Below are positions 63,960 to 64,000 of a stretch of DNA of 64,000 nucleotides, piece after piece; the first letter of the stretch is position 1; each line of letters starts with the position of its first letter. This stretch comes from Botryllus schlosseri (taxonomy: Eukaryota). The notes beneath the pieces are model-generated. The model had not been told where the DNA came from. It saw only the letters and a program-made list of their open reading frames with translations, and did no database searches. The stretch lies in the NCBI GenBank assembly GCA_051294905.1, contig CM119377.1:9796001-9860000 (forward strand), read 5' to 3'. Position numbers and translations under genes: made by a program.

Positions 63960-64000
63960 TCCCCACTGGAGTAGAAATAACCGATATTCATTGGGTCAAC

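Larger units (their letters stand above)
51586..64000 (+). repeat. Segmental duplication block B (paralogous to 1-15545; runs off the window end)
   Basis: Same anchors as block A. The final bases (actggagtagaaataaccgatattc...gggtcaac) match 15511-15546. Confidence 0.95.

Overview
Intron-containing, AT-rich eukaryotic (animal) genomic DNA densely packed with non-autonomous transposon derivatives. These include many hAT-type MITEs with 8-bp TSDs, a CR1/L2-type LINE 3' fragment, Penelope GIY-YIG fragments, a Gypsy-like gag remnant, tRNA-derived SINEs, a foldback element and a probable Helitron. The species cannot be determined from the sequence; a marine invertebrate such as a tunicate is only a guess. 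Positions ~51586-64000 are a diverged direct-orientation duplicate of ~1-15545. Each block carries a 3-exon gene for a small secreted precursor: signal peptide, RVRR, a 38-aa cationic peptide with a C-x7-C-x6-C motif, RRKR, then an acidic tail with one Cys (109 aa and 104 aa). A third, much more divergent paralogous exon with the same Cys spacing, an RxKR site and the same splice phases lies at 24594-24730. I do not recognise this family. Its architecture resembles prepro host-defence peptides or peptide hormones. The ORF track misses it because the genes are spliced, and most listed ORFs look spurious. All alignments and counts were done by eye.
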